This document shows positions 12,991 to 26,175 of a stretch of 64,000 nt of DNA, piece by piece. The notes below the pieces were generated by a model that was given only the letters and a program-made list of their open reading frames with translations, made no database searches and was not told the origin of the DNA. Numbering within the stretch: position 1 is the stretch's first letter; the number at the start of each line of letters is the position of its first letter. The stretch spans positions 104,346,001-104,410,000 of the forward strand of contig NC_043004.1 of NCBI RefSeq assembly GCF_006345805.1, given 5' to 3'. A program made the translations under genes and the position numbers. This DNA comes from Octopus sinensis. Lineage: Eukaryota.

Positions 12991-13756
12991 GCAAATATCT
13001 TAGAATCTAAGAGTTTGTTGTGTATAATAAAATCTGTATATGATAATGAAATAATGACGACAGTGGTGATGATGATGGTAATAATGTTCTTTGTTACTTC
13101 TGGTCATAATCAAGCAAACCTCTAATCAAAAACGTACCAACCATGGCTGCCCCGCCTTTTCAAGGTGTTGGTGTTTAAGTAATATTTGGCTGCTGTTTCT
13201 AGCACGTCGGCTGATCGCGTAGAGGCAACTATGGTAATAAGCCCCGATTGAAAAGACTTCATCAAAAGTGTTCCAGTCGTGTTCATCATGTCTTTTTAAA
13301 TATCAAGGGCAGCATTTTCCATTTTGTCCCTTTTTTTTAAAGTTGATAGGGGATCGAAAGAATATTTCAGCAGTTCGATCGACTACGGACAACAGTTGAA
13401 GTCTGTTAAGCATGTTCTTTTATAAGTTTCTTTTCTAGAAACATCCCAATACATCCTCTCCCGTCATAGCAAAGACGGGATGAAGATGGGTAAATAAAGA
13501 TTTTAACTAGATTTTTTACTCACAAATTATCTTCCAACTTTTAACAATGTGATACCTCTATAAAGTACTTAGTCCTATCAGTTAGTACTTTAAACTACCT
13601 TACGTCAGCGTTTCCCAAACTTATTCTAGTATCACTCCCTTACTAACACACTTTCAGCCTCACTCCCACCAACAAAATCAAAATACTCCACAAAAAATTG
13701 CGGCCGACGAGATCGCCATTAACAATACTACTTGTACCTAAGTTATCTCAATATAC

Positions 13757-13958
13757 TCTCTTTTTTTTTACTCTTTTACTTGTTTCAGTCATTTGACTGC
13801 GGCCATGCTGGAGCACCGCCTTTAGTCGAGCAATTCGACCCCGGGACTTATTCTTTTGTAAGCCCAGTACTTATTCTATCGGTCTCTTTTGCCGAACCGC
13901 TAAGTGACGGGGACGTAAACACACCAGCATTGGTTGTCAAGCAATGCTAGGGAGACAA

Positions 13959-14015
<57 letters not shown>

Positions 14016-14173
14016 TACGACAGGCTTCTTTCAGTTTCCGTCTACCAAATCCATTCACAAGGCATTGGTCGGCCCGGGGCTATAGTAGAAGACACTTGCC
14101 CAAGGTGCCACGCAGTGGGACTGAACCCGGAACCATGTGGTTGGTTAGCAAGCTACTTACCACACAGCCACTC
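13757..14173 (-). mobile_element. SINE family A, young full-length copy
   Basis: CpGs intact; shares diagnostic variants (gaccccggg, cttttgtaagccc, caatgctaggg) with 60050-60472. Confidence 0.95.
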
Positions 14174-15087
14174 ATGGAATGTTAAAACATCTTGTCCATT
14201 AAATATTATCAGATGATTCGAACACTATAGAAATTAGATGTATTTTTGGAAATTATGGAAATTAAAAGATGTATCTATTGTCTCTCTCCCACCTCAAACC
14301 ATATAAAATTTCCCCCCGCCCTTCATCTGGGAGCGGTACTGCCCACTTTGAGCCACATCATTGCACTTGAAATTTGAGTCGTGGCTGTTGTACTCTGTCT
14401 TAACCTCTCGTCACCCAGCATAAAGCCACCTTCCTTTCTACTGATGCACCACTTAGTCTACGAGGATCTTAGTCTTCTGAAGTACATGGCGACCTCAGCT
14501 GTGCTGATGTCACGAAAGATGCACCCAGTACACTCTTGAAAGTAGTCGGCTTTAGGAAGGTCAACCAACTATAGAAACCACGCCAAAAGCAGTCATTGAA
14601 TTACAGTGCAGTCCTCGGGCCCATCAAATTCTGTCAAACCAACCAACCCATCTAATGCTTCAATATATATCAATAATTAAACTGCTAGCAAGAGATACTG
14701 GAGGTAACCTGTTGAAGATGGTGGGTCTGTGACTTCTCAGAGAAACCATTTCATGTGATGATTGAAGTTTTCCAGAGGGCTCATTGTCACATTCTTCATT
14801 TATTTAGATGAAGAATTAAATGATATATATGAATATATATATATTACATTGTTCTTACCTGATGAAATTTATATATATATATATGAGCATGCACGTGTAC
14901 ACACACACACATATATATATAAATAAGAAAATGGCACATGAGTTCATGTTTGATCCTACTGTGTGGCACTTTTCGTAAATATCTTCTACAATAGCTTCAG
15001 GTTGACCAATGAAATTTGGTGGGCAGAAACGGCACAAAAGCCTATGTATGTATGTATGTATGTATCTATCTATCTATATATATATAT

Positions 15088-15300
15088 ATATCATCATCAT
15101 CATCATTGTTTAATGTCTGCCTTCCATACTAGCATAGTTTGGATGGTTTCACAAGAGCCGGCCAGGCCAACGCCTGCACCAGATTTCTGTGATTGTTTTG
15201 ACAGGATTTTTACAGCTGAATGCCCTTCTGAAGACCAACCACTTTACAGTGTGGACTGGGTGGTTTTAAGTGGCACCTGCACTGACAGGGTCACCAAGCA
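15088..15300 (-). mobile_element. RTE-LINE 3' end with (GAT)n tail
   Basis: (CAT)n followed by tgtttaatgtctgccttccatactagcat..., homologous to 61221-61400. Confidence 0.8.
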
Positions 15301-15534
15301 CTTGCAAGACAAAACAGAAAAAACTTTCAAGAGGAGAGAAAGCATTGGAGGAGGTGACCATGTGCTGGATGATGAAAAGGTTATAGTGAGACAGATACAG
15401 GTGTCTTGCTGTAGAGGAAGTACTAGGTTACCCAGCTTGAGAGAGAAAGATCAGGAATGAAGACAGAGGGATGTACAGGAGAAGGAGAGGGAGTGGGAGA
15501 CAGCAGGATAAAGATGGTGGCAAAATAACCTACC

Positions 15535-16556
15535 CCTGCAAGCCCTTCTTGTCCAGGACAATGCAGCTGCTCACCCATCTAACCTCGAGGATGACATCGT
15601 TGAAGAGTTCAAGCTTATAAAGGTTCTTTACCTTACCCCCAACTCCTATCCTGCAGCCTGTGGACCAGCTGGTGCTTTCTAATTTCAAGAATCTCTTAGA
15701 GAACACAAGCCTCACCCTTTGAGAGTTATGGAACAATCACTATAACATTGTGATATGCCTTGGAATTATCAATATGGCCTGGCAAGGTGTTACAAAGTGG
15801 ACCTTGACCTCTGCATGGAAGAAACTGTGACCTGAGGTTGCATCTGAAACGGACTTTGAAAGACTTGAACCCAAAGTGGCTGTGGTGGAGGAGATTGTAT
15901 CCCTCAGCAAGTCCATGGGCCTGGACATGGATGAAGGTGATATCATCAAGCTCATTGAGGAGAACTCCAAGGAACTGACAACAGAGGAGTTAAAGGAGCT
16001 ACAGATACAGCAGCACATGGAGGTTTTGCAGGAAATATGTGACGCAGAGGAGGTTAACTCTACAAGAGTGATAAAGGAAATGTTGGGAATGTGGGAGAAA
16101 CTTTCAGACTTTATTCAAAAGAAACACCCAGAAAAAGGGAGGATGAGCTAGACCTCATTGGACGGGTTTTTATTGTAAACTCCTGCAGATGAAAGTGAGG
16201 TGAAATGGTGAAAAGGGCATAAATCAGTGAATAAGATTAGTTGTTCAGTTTAGCTTTTCTCCTCCACCTCTGTCAGCATCCTCAAGTCATCTGATCTCCA
16301 AGATAAATGCTGTACATTATACTTAATAAAACCAATTTCTTGCAATATTGTTTTTTTATACAATATCCGTTATTTATAAGTACATTTTTCTTATTTAAAA
16401 ACGTAAAAAAAAAATTGCTGTGTTTTTGGGGGGGCCCAGAATGGATTAATGACATTTCAGTTCATTTCAATGGGGAAAATTGATTTGACATACGAATAAT
16501 TTGAGTTATAAGCTCCATCACAGAACAAATTAAACTTGTAAGTCAAGGCACCACTA
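15535..16556 (+). mobile_element. Tigger/pogo transposon 3' fragment (DDE_1 C-terminal half + right TIR)
   Basis: LLVQDNAAAHP, PILQPVDQ, TSAWKKL, EEIVSLSKSMGLDMDEGDIIKLIEENSKELTTEEL; right end gtaagtcaaggcaccacta|ta. Confidence 0.9.
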
Positions 16557-16824
16557 TATACATGTATATTTGTGGAAAAAGGATAACAAAAAAAGAGTGT
16601 CTTTGTATTGTTACCATGTAGGCAGCAGTGGTGTTCAGTTTAATTCCCCTATAAAAATTATTCTTCATAGCCTAGCAGTTTGCCATGCAAAGACCTGTGG
16701 AATTAAAGTACCCTATTTGAAAAACAGTGGTTGGTGATCGAAAACTCATCAGGTAATAGAATACTAAAGTGCTTCTTTGAATATTGTCCAACTCATGCTA
16801 GCATAGAAAAAGTGGATATATATC

Positions 16825-17076
16825 GTGTGGTTGTCTACTCCTTATGCAGAGTTTGACCACCTCCTGTACCTATACCTCAGAACCATCATTGCATCTGATG
16901 TAGCTTTTTAAACCAGGCAATGTTTTGAAAAGACATCCGCATAGACTACATATCCGATTTGGATCACCAAGAGCTGCAGATAAGTTCTGATTAATTATGG
17001 ATCTTAAAATGTATTTTGAGGCCTCCGTTAGATTTGCAAACCTTCTGGTATACATTGCATTGAAAGGTGCGCACAG
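16825..17076 (-). mobile_element. LINE 3' fragment with C-terminal zinc knuckle (RTE-like); 155 bp repeated at 17548-17701
   Basis: ICSLCGCLFKTLPGLKSYIR resembles the C-x2-C...H end of RTE ORF2; followed by a short 3' UTR. Confidence 0.7.
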
Positions 17077-17311
17077 ACACACAAGCATAATATTTAGTGG
17101 CGGTTCATTTACCATGGGTTCACAAATGAGATTTGAGCTCAGCAAAAGAAAGGCATGGTCTGTCACAAACTGTGCACACAAAAAGGTCATTGTGATTCAC
17201 CTTCTCGATTGTAACATTCTTCCTTAAATCTTTCTTGAGTCTTGCATGCGTTATCCTGGCCTCTTCAAACACTTTCACTCCACTCCACACTTTTGTTCAC
17301 CATCCAGCTCG

Positions 17312-17365
<54 letters not shown>

Positions 17366-19817
17366 ATTATATGTAGGGAGAGGGGGAGTAGAAAGGGGTG
17401 TGTGTATTGTATTTTTGTGTCCCCTTCTTTTGATTTTAAGTGATGGTTATAAAATGAGTCACTGTCATACAATGTCATTCGTTTCCAATATTGTGTAAGG
17501 CAGGTCTGACCATGGGGTAATGTTACATTGCTTGGAAACAGATGAGGGTTTTGAAAAGACATCCGCATAGACTACATATCCGATTTGGATCCCCAAGAGC
17601 TGCAGATAAGTTCTGATTTTTATGGATCTTAAAATGTATTTTGAGGCCTCTGTTAGATTTGCAAACCTTCTGGTATACATTGCATTGAAAGGTGTGCACA
17701 GGTTTAAAGAAGACAAAAAGGGACAGAAAGGGCAGGGCATCTGGCTGTTGGAAACCCCCTTCAAATGTATTCCATGCTAGCATGAAAAATTTGGATGTTG
17801 AATGGTGGTGGCGGTGACAGCAGCGGCGATGGTGGTGATAGCAGCAAGGAGGAGGAGGAGGAGGGGACAGCAGCAACAGTGTGTGAGAGGGGAAAAAAAT
17901 AAAACAAATAAAATGGATTAAGTTTGATCTGTCATAGGAGATGAGATCATCGTCATTGGTTAGTCGTCTGCAAACTAGTGGAACGGTGACCAGTGACAAC
18001 AACAAGTTCCAGGCAACTAACAGGTATTATTGAAGGTTCCAGTGGAAGTGTTCTACATTGTCCTTACCTGGTGAAATGGTTGAGGATGTCGCTAATCCAG
18101 CATTACATTTCTTTTATGGCTGCTTTGTCATGGGAAATGAGCAAAGATTCACTTTTTGCTGATGGAAAACTGACTGAAAATAAAATAAAATGAAGAATCT
18201 ATCAATAGCAATTATTTTTCAAATATTAACTTGGATTATGGACATTTATTTATTTATTAGTGTTGTTGTTGTCATTATTACTATTGTTGTTGTTGTTATT
18301 TATCGTTTATGTTAATTTTGCCCAATTCATTAAAATATTCTTGTCACATATTATTTATATTGATTGCTAACACACACACAACATGCACATATATGCACAT
18401 GCACACACATTCTTAGGTATATAATATATCTGTATCAGTCTGTCTATCTGTCTGTCTGTCTCTCTCTATGTATCTACACACACATATGTACATATATACA
18501 CATGTATGTATATATGAGTTTGTGTGTGTGTGTATATATATATATACACACACACACGTTTGTGTGTGTCTGTGTCTCTGTGTGTGTATTTGCATGTATT
18601 TTGAGCATTAACAATTTTGTCTTCTTTAAACCAAAACTAGAAGCAACAACTACCTCCTTAAAGAAATGTTTCTAAGAATATATTATATGGAATTTTAAAA
18701 CTTTGTGTGTGTGTGTGTGTGTTTGTGTGTGTGTACATGTATGAAAAGAGTAAAAATGTTGATTTCTTCAGCCTCTGTAGACTAATAATTAAAGCAACCT
18801 TTGATGAAAGCTTTTATTAACTACTAAATATATATATATAACGAGGACATTGTTGTCACTTAACTAGCTATTGTCTTCTAATACAGTCATAGGTTACAGA
18901 AGTCTGTCTGGTAGCTTCCGTCAGTATTTTCTGTGCCTTGTCTCAGTTATAAGACATTATATACCGTTGGTGTCTAAGCTACTTCCTGACTGCAGAGTGT
19001 GGAGTTTATATCCGGTTGTTGGTATATTCTTGAGCAAGGCACTTAATTATACTTATTTGGGCAGACTTAAACCAGCCAGGGACCTCATCTATTGATGCTT
19101 TGTTTATTTTTTCAAGCACTATATTTGTAAAATTTAGGATCAGACTGAGATTTTTAGTAACTAGGCTCACAAATAATTTCAATGACAATTTTCCCAGATC
19201 AATAGAATGCACACACACACTCACACACACACACACATGCACATATATACACCCCCTCTCTCTCTTTTTCTCTCTCATGCACATGTACACACACACACAC
19301 ACAAACACTTGCAGTTACAACAAATACATATAAACAAAAGTCAGTGCACATTACTTTAGAAATTTGTACGTTGAAGCATATTGACTGACAGCCCTGGATT
19401 AAGCCTCTGTGTAGTTGTTCAAACTGCTGAAAATAATAGCCAAACCTCCCTCAAATCACACCATACCATCTTAAACAAAAAAGATAAAAATGGGCATATT
19501 TAATAATGTAGTTCTTCATTCACAACATATCCAAATTAAAAGGGAGGCTTTGATCAGAAACTTTGTTCAGTTATGAGACATATGTTGCTAAAAATCAGCA
19601 ATAACAACTGGGTAAGCTTTGAAGACATCAAGGCTAAACCTTTTCTATATCACAACAATTGCATATCATCATTGGTTTAAACACATCTTCCTTTGGATAG
19701 CATGTTAATCTATTGTAGGTAGCTTAATTTATATATAAGCCTGAAGTCATCAATTCTGCAGCATTGCTGTCACTTACTACAGTGTGCCATATTTACCTGT
19801 GGCACCAATTTATAGCT

Positions 19818-20050
19818 GTGGTGGTGTGTGGCTTAGTGGTTAGGGTGTTGGACTCATGATCATAAGATTGTGGTTTCAATTCCTGGATCGGACGTTGTGT
19901 TGTGTTCTTGAGCAAAATATTTCATTTCATATTTCTCCAGGCCACTCTGCTGGCAAAAATGAGTAATCCTGCGACAGACCCGTGTCCTGTCCAGGTGGAG
20001 AATATATGCGCCACTGAAACCAGGAAACCAGCTCTTCTCGGTCAGTATGT
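19818..20050 (+). mobile_element. SINE family D (tRNA-like head + ttcttgagcaaaacact core)
   Basis: Homologous to 25419-25660 and 63062-63300. Confidence 0.85.
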
Positions 20051-20080
20051 CTTGAGAAGGCAGCTTTACTTGGCCATTAA

Positions 20081-20465
20081 CGTGGAGGCGCAATGGCCCA
20101 GTGGTTAGGGCAGCGGGCTTGCGGTCATAGGATCGCGGTTTCGATTCCCAGACCGGGCGTTGTGAGTGTTTATTGAGCGAAAACACCTAAAGCTCCACGA
20201 GGCTCCGGCAGGGGATGGTGGTGATCCCTGCTGTACTCTTTCACCACAACTTTCTCTCACTCTTACTTCCTGTTTCTGTTGTACCTGTATTTCAAGGGGC
20301 CGGCCTTGTCACTCTCTGTGTCATGCTGAATATCCCTGAGAACTACGTTAAGGGTGCACGTGTCTGTAGAGCGCTCAGCCACTTACATGTGAATTTCACG
20401 AGCAGGCTGTTCCGTTGATTCGGATCAACCGGAACCCTCATCGTCGTAACCGACGGAGTGCTTCC
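20081..20465 (+). mobile_element. SINE family C, full length with 13-bp TSD
   Basis: tRNA-like head ggaggcgcaatggcccagtggttaggg...ggtttcgattccc; perfect TSD acttggccattaa at 20068-20080 and 20466-20478. Confidence 0.92.
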
Positions 20466-21714
20466 ACTTGGCCATTAAGAGCTAAGTATCTGAACCAAAG
20501 ACACAGACAATGCCAGGAACAGTTTTGAGCTGCTAAACTTCTTATCTGATTGTCTGGTGCCTTACTCTGAAAGAAAAACGAAAGTGGTTGGGCAATGCTG
20601 AAACAGGATAAAATCCAAAGAAATCTAAGGAAACTGATGTTCTGCTTTGACAACAATTGGTTAATGGAAGAACTTAGTAGATTCAGATTGCAAGATGTAA
20701 TGTTCAAGTCTCTACTCTTCATCTGAGAGAAAAATTAATGTGATATCACTTGGGCCAACTTTCTGATCAAACCAAGAAAACTGTTTCCATTGGTTTTTAC
20801 AAATTACTGATACAATCTGTCATTTGCAGCCTCTGAAAGAAATGTATCTTTCACCACTTGGCAACCAGTGTTCATATGTTTATGTCCCCGTAACTTAGTG
20901 GTTCGGCAAAAAGAAACTGACAAAATTAGTACCAGGTTTTAAAAAATAAGTAAGTACTGGGGTCAGTTCATTTGACTAAAAATTCTTTAAGGTGGTGCCC
21001 CAACCTGGACACAGTCTATTGACTGAAACAAGTAAAAGCTATTTTGGTTCCAGAGTAAGATTTGAACTCAGAATGTACAGAGCTAGAACAGATTGCCCAG
21101 CATCCTATCATATTCTCTAACAATTTCACCAATCCAACACTCTGGACTGCTGCTTGTTTTTAAATGAAAGCTGAAAGGATGAAGGGCAAAGTTGACCTCG
21201 ACAGGACTTGAACTCAAAACAGTGAAAGTTGAAACAAATACTGTAAGGCATTGTATCCAACACTAACGATTCTACCAATCCACTGCCATGGTCTGTTAGT
21301 AAATGAAATAGTAGAACAGTTGAACTCTTTAAAACTCGTTAATCACGTTTATCTTTAATATAATTTGGTCTATAAACAAGTGAAATAGAAGAAAGGTATG
21401 ATCCCTTACTGCTGCAAGGTCCCTTTGTAGACGCCTTAAGACTATCTTCTATCTTTTACTTGTTTATTATTGAATTACTCTGCCTTTTGACTTTCTAAGT
21501 TCAAATCCACCTGATGTGAACCTTTACCTTTTATCATTCATCAGATAGGTCCTTAAATAGAATATCATTCAATACAAAATTCAATGACATTGTGTGGCAT
21601 TGTTCCTATGTTAGTAATCACTATTTAGTTGGGGAACCATCTTGAAGAGGTGTTGGAGTGAGAAATGCCAGAGAGTTTATAAACGGTAGGAAAACTTGGA
21701 GAGTGTTCGTGGCC

Positions 21715-21777
21715 ATACTCTCCAAAACACTCTCCACAAACACTCTCCAAAATACTCTCCACAAAAACTCTCCAAAG
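21715..21777. repeat. Minisatellite, ~13-bp unit actctcca(c/a)aaa(c/t) x5
   Basis: Direct reading. Confidence 0.9.
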
Positions 21778-22965
21778 TGAATTTGATGTTGCTCAAAGGG
21801 GTACGGAACCAGCATGATGTGGCAGGAGTAAACCAGCATTTGTTGTTGGGCCCCGCTGCTGATTTTGGGGGTTGCGTTCTAAGCCTTGACCCGAGCATAG
21901 AACAGGGCTTGCCTCTTTGAGCTGGGAAATAAATGGAATGCCTGGTGTGTGTCTTGTTCTGGCTACTTACTCCTAAAAAAAAAATGGAGAATAAGCCAGG
22001 GTATATAAAAACACTTATTCTATCACTCTCTTTTGCTGAACCACTATGTTATGGGGATGTAAGCATACCAATACCAGTTGGTGGTGGGGGACAAACACAG
22101 ACACAAAGACACATGCACAACAAGCTTCTTTAGTTGGTCTGAGGCTATAGTTGAAGACTATTGCCTAAGGTGCAATGCGTTTGGACTGAACCCAGGACCA
22201 TGTGATTGGGAAACAGACTTCCCACAACACAGCCATACTTGTGCCTATGTTCATTTTATTTTCATTTTATTTTACTGATGTTTATATTATTTCTGTACCC
22301 AGATATTTTTCTGTGGTTGTGAAACATGTACACTGTAGATGTAATGATAAGGAAATGCTGTCCGTGTAGATTTCTCCAAATCTTTCCAACACTCACACAA
22401 AAAAAAACAAAAAACAGTCTACTAGAAAAAGAAGAATGATTATAATGAAAATGATGATTGTGATAGTGATGTTATCATAGACAACACCACTGCCTGCATT
22501 CACAATATCTTTTAAGACAAATTATATTAGAGGAGAAGTTAATTCATTCAACCATGGTATATTGCTGGGTTGAAAGGTAAGCTGATCTTAGTGGGAGTTG
22601 AACTTACAACCAAGAAGCATAAAACTAAATGCCATTTTATATATTATAGTATTGTGCCAATTCTAGCTGTTAAGAAATCAAGATAACTAATTGACTGATG
22701 AAATATGTAAGAATGACTAGTTTTTTTTTCATTATTTAATCCAAAGAAAGTGGTATATTGGCAAAAAATAGTAAAGCACTCAACTACATATAGTTATGTC
22801 TTTTTTTTATATGGCCTGTTTGTTTATTTATAATTTTATAATTTTCTGCCCCCCCCCCCTTTTTTTGAGATAGTTAACATCTTTCAGTTATTTTTCTCTG
22901 TAGAAGAAAAAAAAATTACCTTCTATGTGTATGCAGAAAACAAAAATAGTTGTCAAATAGTTATT

Positions 22966-23727
22966 AGGCGCAGGAGTGGCTGTGTGGTAAGTAGCTTGCT
23001 AACCAACCACATGGTTCCAAGTTCAGTCCAACTGCGTGACACCTTGGGCAAGTGTCTTCTTCTATAACCTCAGATTAACCAAATCCTTGTGAGTGGATTT
23101 GGTAGACAGAAACTCAAAGAAGCCCATCATATATCTCTCTCTATATAAACGGCAGTTTGTCTGTGCGTTTTCTGTGTGTCTGTTTTCTCGTACCCTCACT
23201 CTGACCACGGCTTTCAACCGATTCTGATGAAACTTGACACACACATAGCCCAATGTCATAATTCAAAACTAACGCAGCGAAAATTTTGAAAAGTTCCCCC
23301 AGTTCTGAAAAAAATCGTTAAATTCGACATGGGGTCGAGAATCAGAAACCCAAACCACAGACCGTCTAGGGGACGCAACTCCACCTTTTTTAACTCTCAA
23401 AAAAAATTTACCATCATTTTTTTTCCATTTTTTTGCTAATTTTTGGCTATAACTCTCTAAAAATGCTTTATAGTTATTTCCCTTACAAACCTGAGCAACG
23501 CCGGGCGATACTGCTAGTATGTATATATATGTGTGTGTATGTTTGTGTGTCTGTGTTTGTCCCCCTAGCATTGCTTGACAACCGATGCTGGTGTGGTAGC
23601 AGTTCAGCAAAAGAGACTGATAGAATAAGTACTAGGCTTACAAAGAATAAGTCCTGCGGTCAATTTGCTTGACTAAAGGCGGTGCTCCAGCATGGCCACA
23701 GTCAAATGCCTGAAACAAGTAAAATAG
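22966..23727 (+). mobile_element. SINE family A interrupted by a Helitron
   Basis: Head 22966-23133 and tail 23518-23727 flank the insertion at the central TA array. Confidence 0.9.
23134..23517 (+). mobile_element. Non-autonomous Helitron (384 bp)
   Basis: Starts A|TC and ends CTAG|T with no TSD; GC-rich gagcaacgccgggcga just before CTAG. Confidence 0.8.
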
Positions 23728-24513
23728 TTATCAGTTTCAATATGGTTATGGTTATTTGACAGAAACATTAGAGTATTATATAAGATACCTTAAAGTAGAT
23801 CAGTTCTATACAATGTAGTTGCCACTGCTCCTCTCATCATTCCTGTTACATCTCACCCCAAACCCTTTTCCGAGTCTTACCTTCCCCAAAGTGCAACAAC
23901 TCTCTGGAACTGTCCTTGTTTTCTCTGCAGACTGAAAGTGACCAATATATCCCTAATCAACTTTTTCATCTCCGACTAAATAGTTGTTTCTAATTTTGAC
24001 ACAAGGCCTGTGATTTTGAGGGGAGAGGAAAATCAAGTACATCGAATGGTACTCTTTCATTGCTCAACTGGTACTTCTTTCATTGACTCCAAAAAGGATG
24101 AAAGGCAAAATCAACCTCAGTGGAGTTTGAACTCAGAACGTATAGAGCTGAAACCTCCAACTAAATAGAGATTACTAACATAGGAACAATGCCACACAAT
24201 GTCATTGAATTTTGTATTTGAATGATATTCTATTTAAGGACCTATCTGATGAATGATAAAAGGTAAAGGTTCACATCAGGTGGATTTGAACTCAGAAAGT
24301 TAAAAGGCATAGTAATTCAATAATAACTCAGGGCAACGCTATTGTTTCTGCCACACATATTCCTCCTACTTTGTAATATTATTAACAACTCAATACACAA
24401 ACATACAAACAAACAGGTTGACTTATTTCTCTCTGATGTTTTCTATTACAGATCTCATTCTACTTCTGACTTCAAGAAGAAAATTTTATAGTTGTTGCTT
24501 TATTCATTTTTGA

Positions 24514-24639
24514 ATGGCAAACATGGCCTTTGATATATCTACAGCAGTTTCCTTGAGAAATTTTCCTGAGCAAAACTTACCTGACTGTGACAATACTACT
24601 GTCAACAATGACCCCATCTCTCCAGAAGCCACACCCCAG
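24514..24639 (+). CDS. First coding exon of an uncharacterised gene; MANMAFDISTAVSLRNFPEQNLPDCDNTTVNNDPISPEATPQ (exon begins at 24452 with 5' UTR)
   Basis: Acceptor ttttctattacag (ends 24451), in-frame TGA immediately before the ATG, donor CAG|gtacgt, phase 0. Confidence 0.7.
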
Positions 24640-25063
24640 GTACGTTGAAATTTATGTATTTCATTTTTTTTTATATATATATTTACGTCATTTTAATTGC
24701 CTATGAGAACTGAAGTTTTGAAGAACACACAGCAATTGCAAAAGCACTGAACTGTGCACAGTTCATTGGCCTTGTACTGTTGTGGTCTTTGCTCATTATG
24801 TAGCTATTCACTGGTATACAATGGTATCACACAGTAGGTAGTGTACTGTGGGATTGTAGTCCATTGCGATATCACACAGCAAGTGTTAAAGTGTGGATTA
24901 TGCATGTCGTTAGTAGATTTCATAATCACTTCTTTTCATTTTTGTCTTTGGGCAATGCATTTATGTGCACAATGCTGTTATAAATCTGGGAGGTCTTGTG
25001 CCTTGTGAGAAATCAATTATTAAATCTAAAATGCATTGTCACTGACTTTAACAGTCCTTTCAG

Positions 25064-25122
25064 CCTGAGATTGAGGTGTGGGAAATACGTGAGATTGATA
25101 CAGTTAATACCAAGCTTGAAGT
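25064..25122 (+). CDS. Second coding exon; PEIEVWEIREIDTVNTKLE(V)
   Basis: Acceptor cagtcctttcag, perfect donor GT|gtaagt, open in phase 0, ends in phase 2. Confidence 0.7.
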
Positions 25123-25418
25123 GTAAGTTATAGCTTGCCGAATAATGAAGGGTTTGACCTGCAATATCTAGCTTCCTCTATAGACATTCTGAGTTAATGG
25201 TTTTCAACCTTCTTCATTATAAAATTCTTAAAATAACCACCAGTACCAGGAATATATCTGGTGTTATATTATATAACAGTTAAAATATGCATAAAAAAAA
25301 TTTGTCTATAGATCAAAAGGAGATCAATATTAATTTCAAAATGTCAGAGATCAATGTTTAGAAGAGATATTACAGTGAGTTGACTTCTAGAATGAAACTC
25401 TGTATAAATGTGTAGAGT

Positions 25419-25985
25419 ATGTGTAGACTGTGGAGGCACATGGCTTAGTGGTTAGGGTGTTGAACTCATGATCGTAAGGTTGTGGTTTTAATTCCTGGAC
25501 CGGGCGACGCATTGTGTTCTTGAGCAAAACACTTCATTTTCACGTTGCTCCGGTCCACTCAGCTGGCAAAACTGAGTAATCTTGCGACGGACCGGCGTCC
25601 CATCCAGGTGGGGAATTTCTGTGCCACTGAAACCGGAAAACCGGCCCTTATGAGCTTGGCATAAGTGGAGACACAATGGCTCAGTGGTTAGGGCAGCGGA
25701 CTCGCGGTCGGAGGATTGCGGTTTCGATTCTCAGACCGGGCGTTGTGGGTGTTTATTGAGTGAAAACACCTAAAAGCTCCACGAGACTCTGGCGGGGGGG
25801 GGGGGGGCGACCCCTGTTGTACTCTTTCGCTACAACTTTCTCTCACTCTTTCTTCCTGTTTTTTGAGTAATGCTGCGATGGACTGGCATCCCATTTAGCT
25901 GGGGGAAACACATACCCATAAAAACTGGGAAACCGGGCCCATGAGCCTGGCTAGGCTTCAAAAGGATGCATAAAAAAAAAAAAAA
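25419..25985 (+). mobile_element. SINE D + SINE C-like dimer with poly(A) tail and shared TSD
   Basis: Two tRNA-like heads (~25432, ~25665); aaatgtgtagagt flanks the whole pair (25406-25418, 25983-25995). Confidence 0.8.
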
Positions 25986-26175
25986 TGTGTAGAGTGGAGG
26001 CAGTCTGAGTGATTGTCATGACAGGTATTTGTCAACTGGGATGGTACTTTTGACTATTTTTTGATTCTTTTTGTAAGTTTTGAAGAGTTTGGGAAACACT
26101 GCTTTAACCATTTTGTTACTGTCTATGCTTTCTTGTTTAAACAGAAACCTCTTATTTTCAAGAGTCCATATTTAA

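Larger units (their letters stand above)
21465..24325. repeat. Inverted duplication: 21465-21632 and 24157-24325
   Basis: About 168 bp with 5 differences by manual alignment; includes non-SINE flank. Confidence 0.92.

Noticed and set aside
20081-20160. tRNA-like sequences at SINE heads (families A-D)
   Set aside because: They have A/B boxes but no complete cloverleaf and continue into SINE bodies; not tRNA genes.
24748-24765. Perfect 18-bp palindrome tgaactgtgcacagttca
   Set aside because: A 9-bp arm match is expected about 0.25 times per 64 kb by chance (64000/4^9), more in biased sequence; no supporting context.
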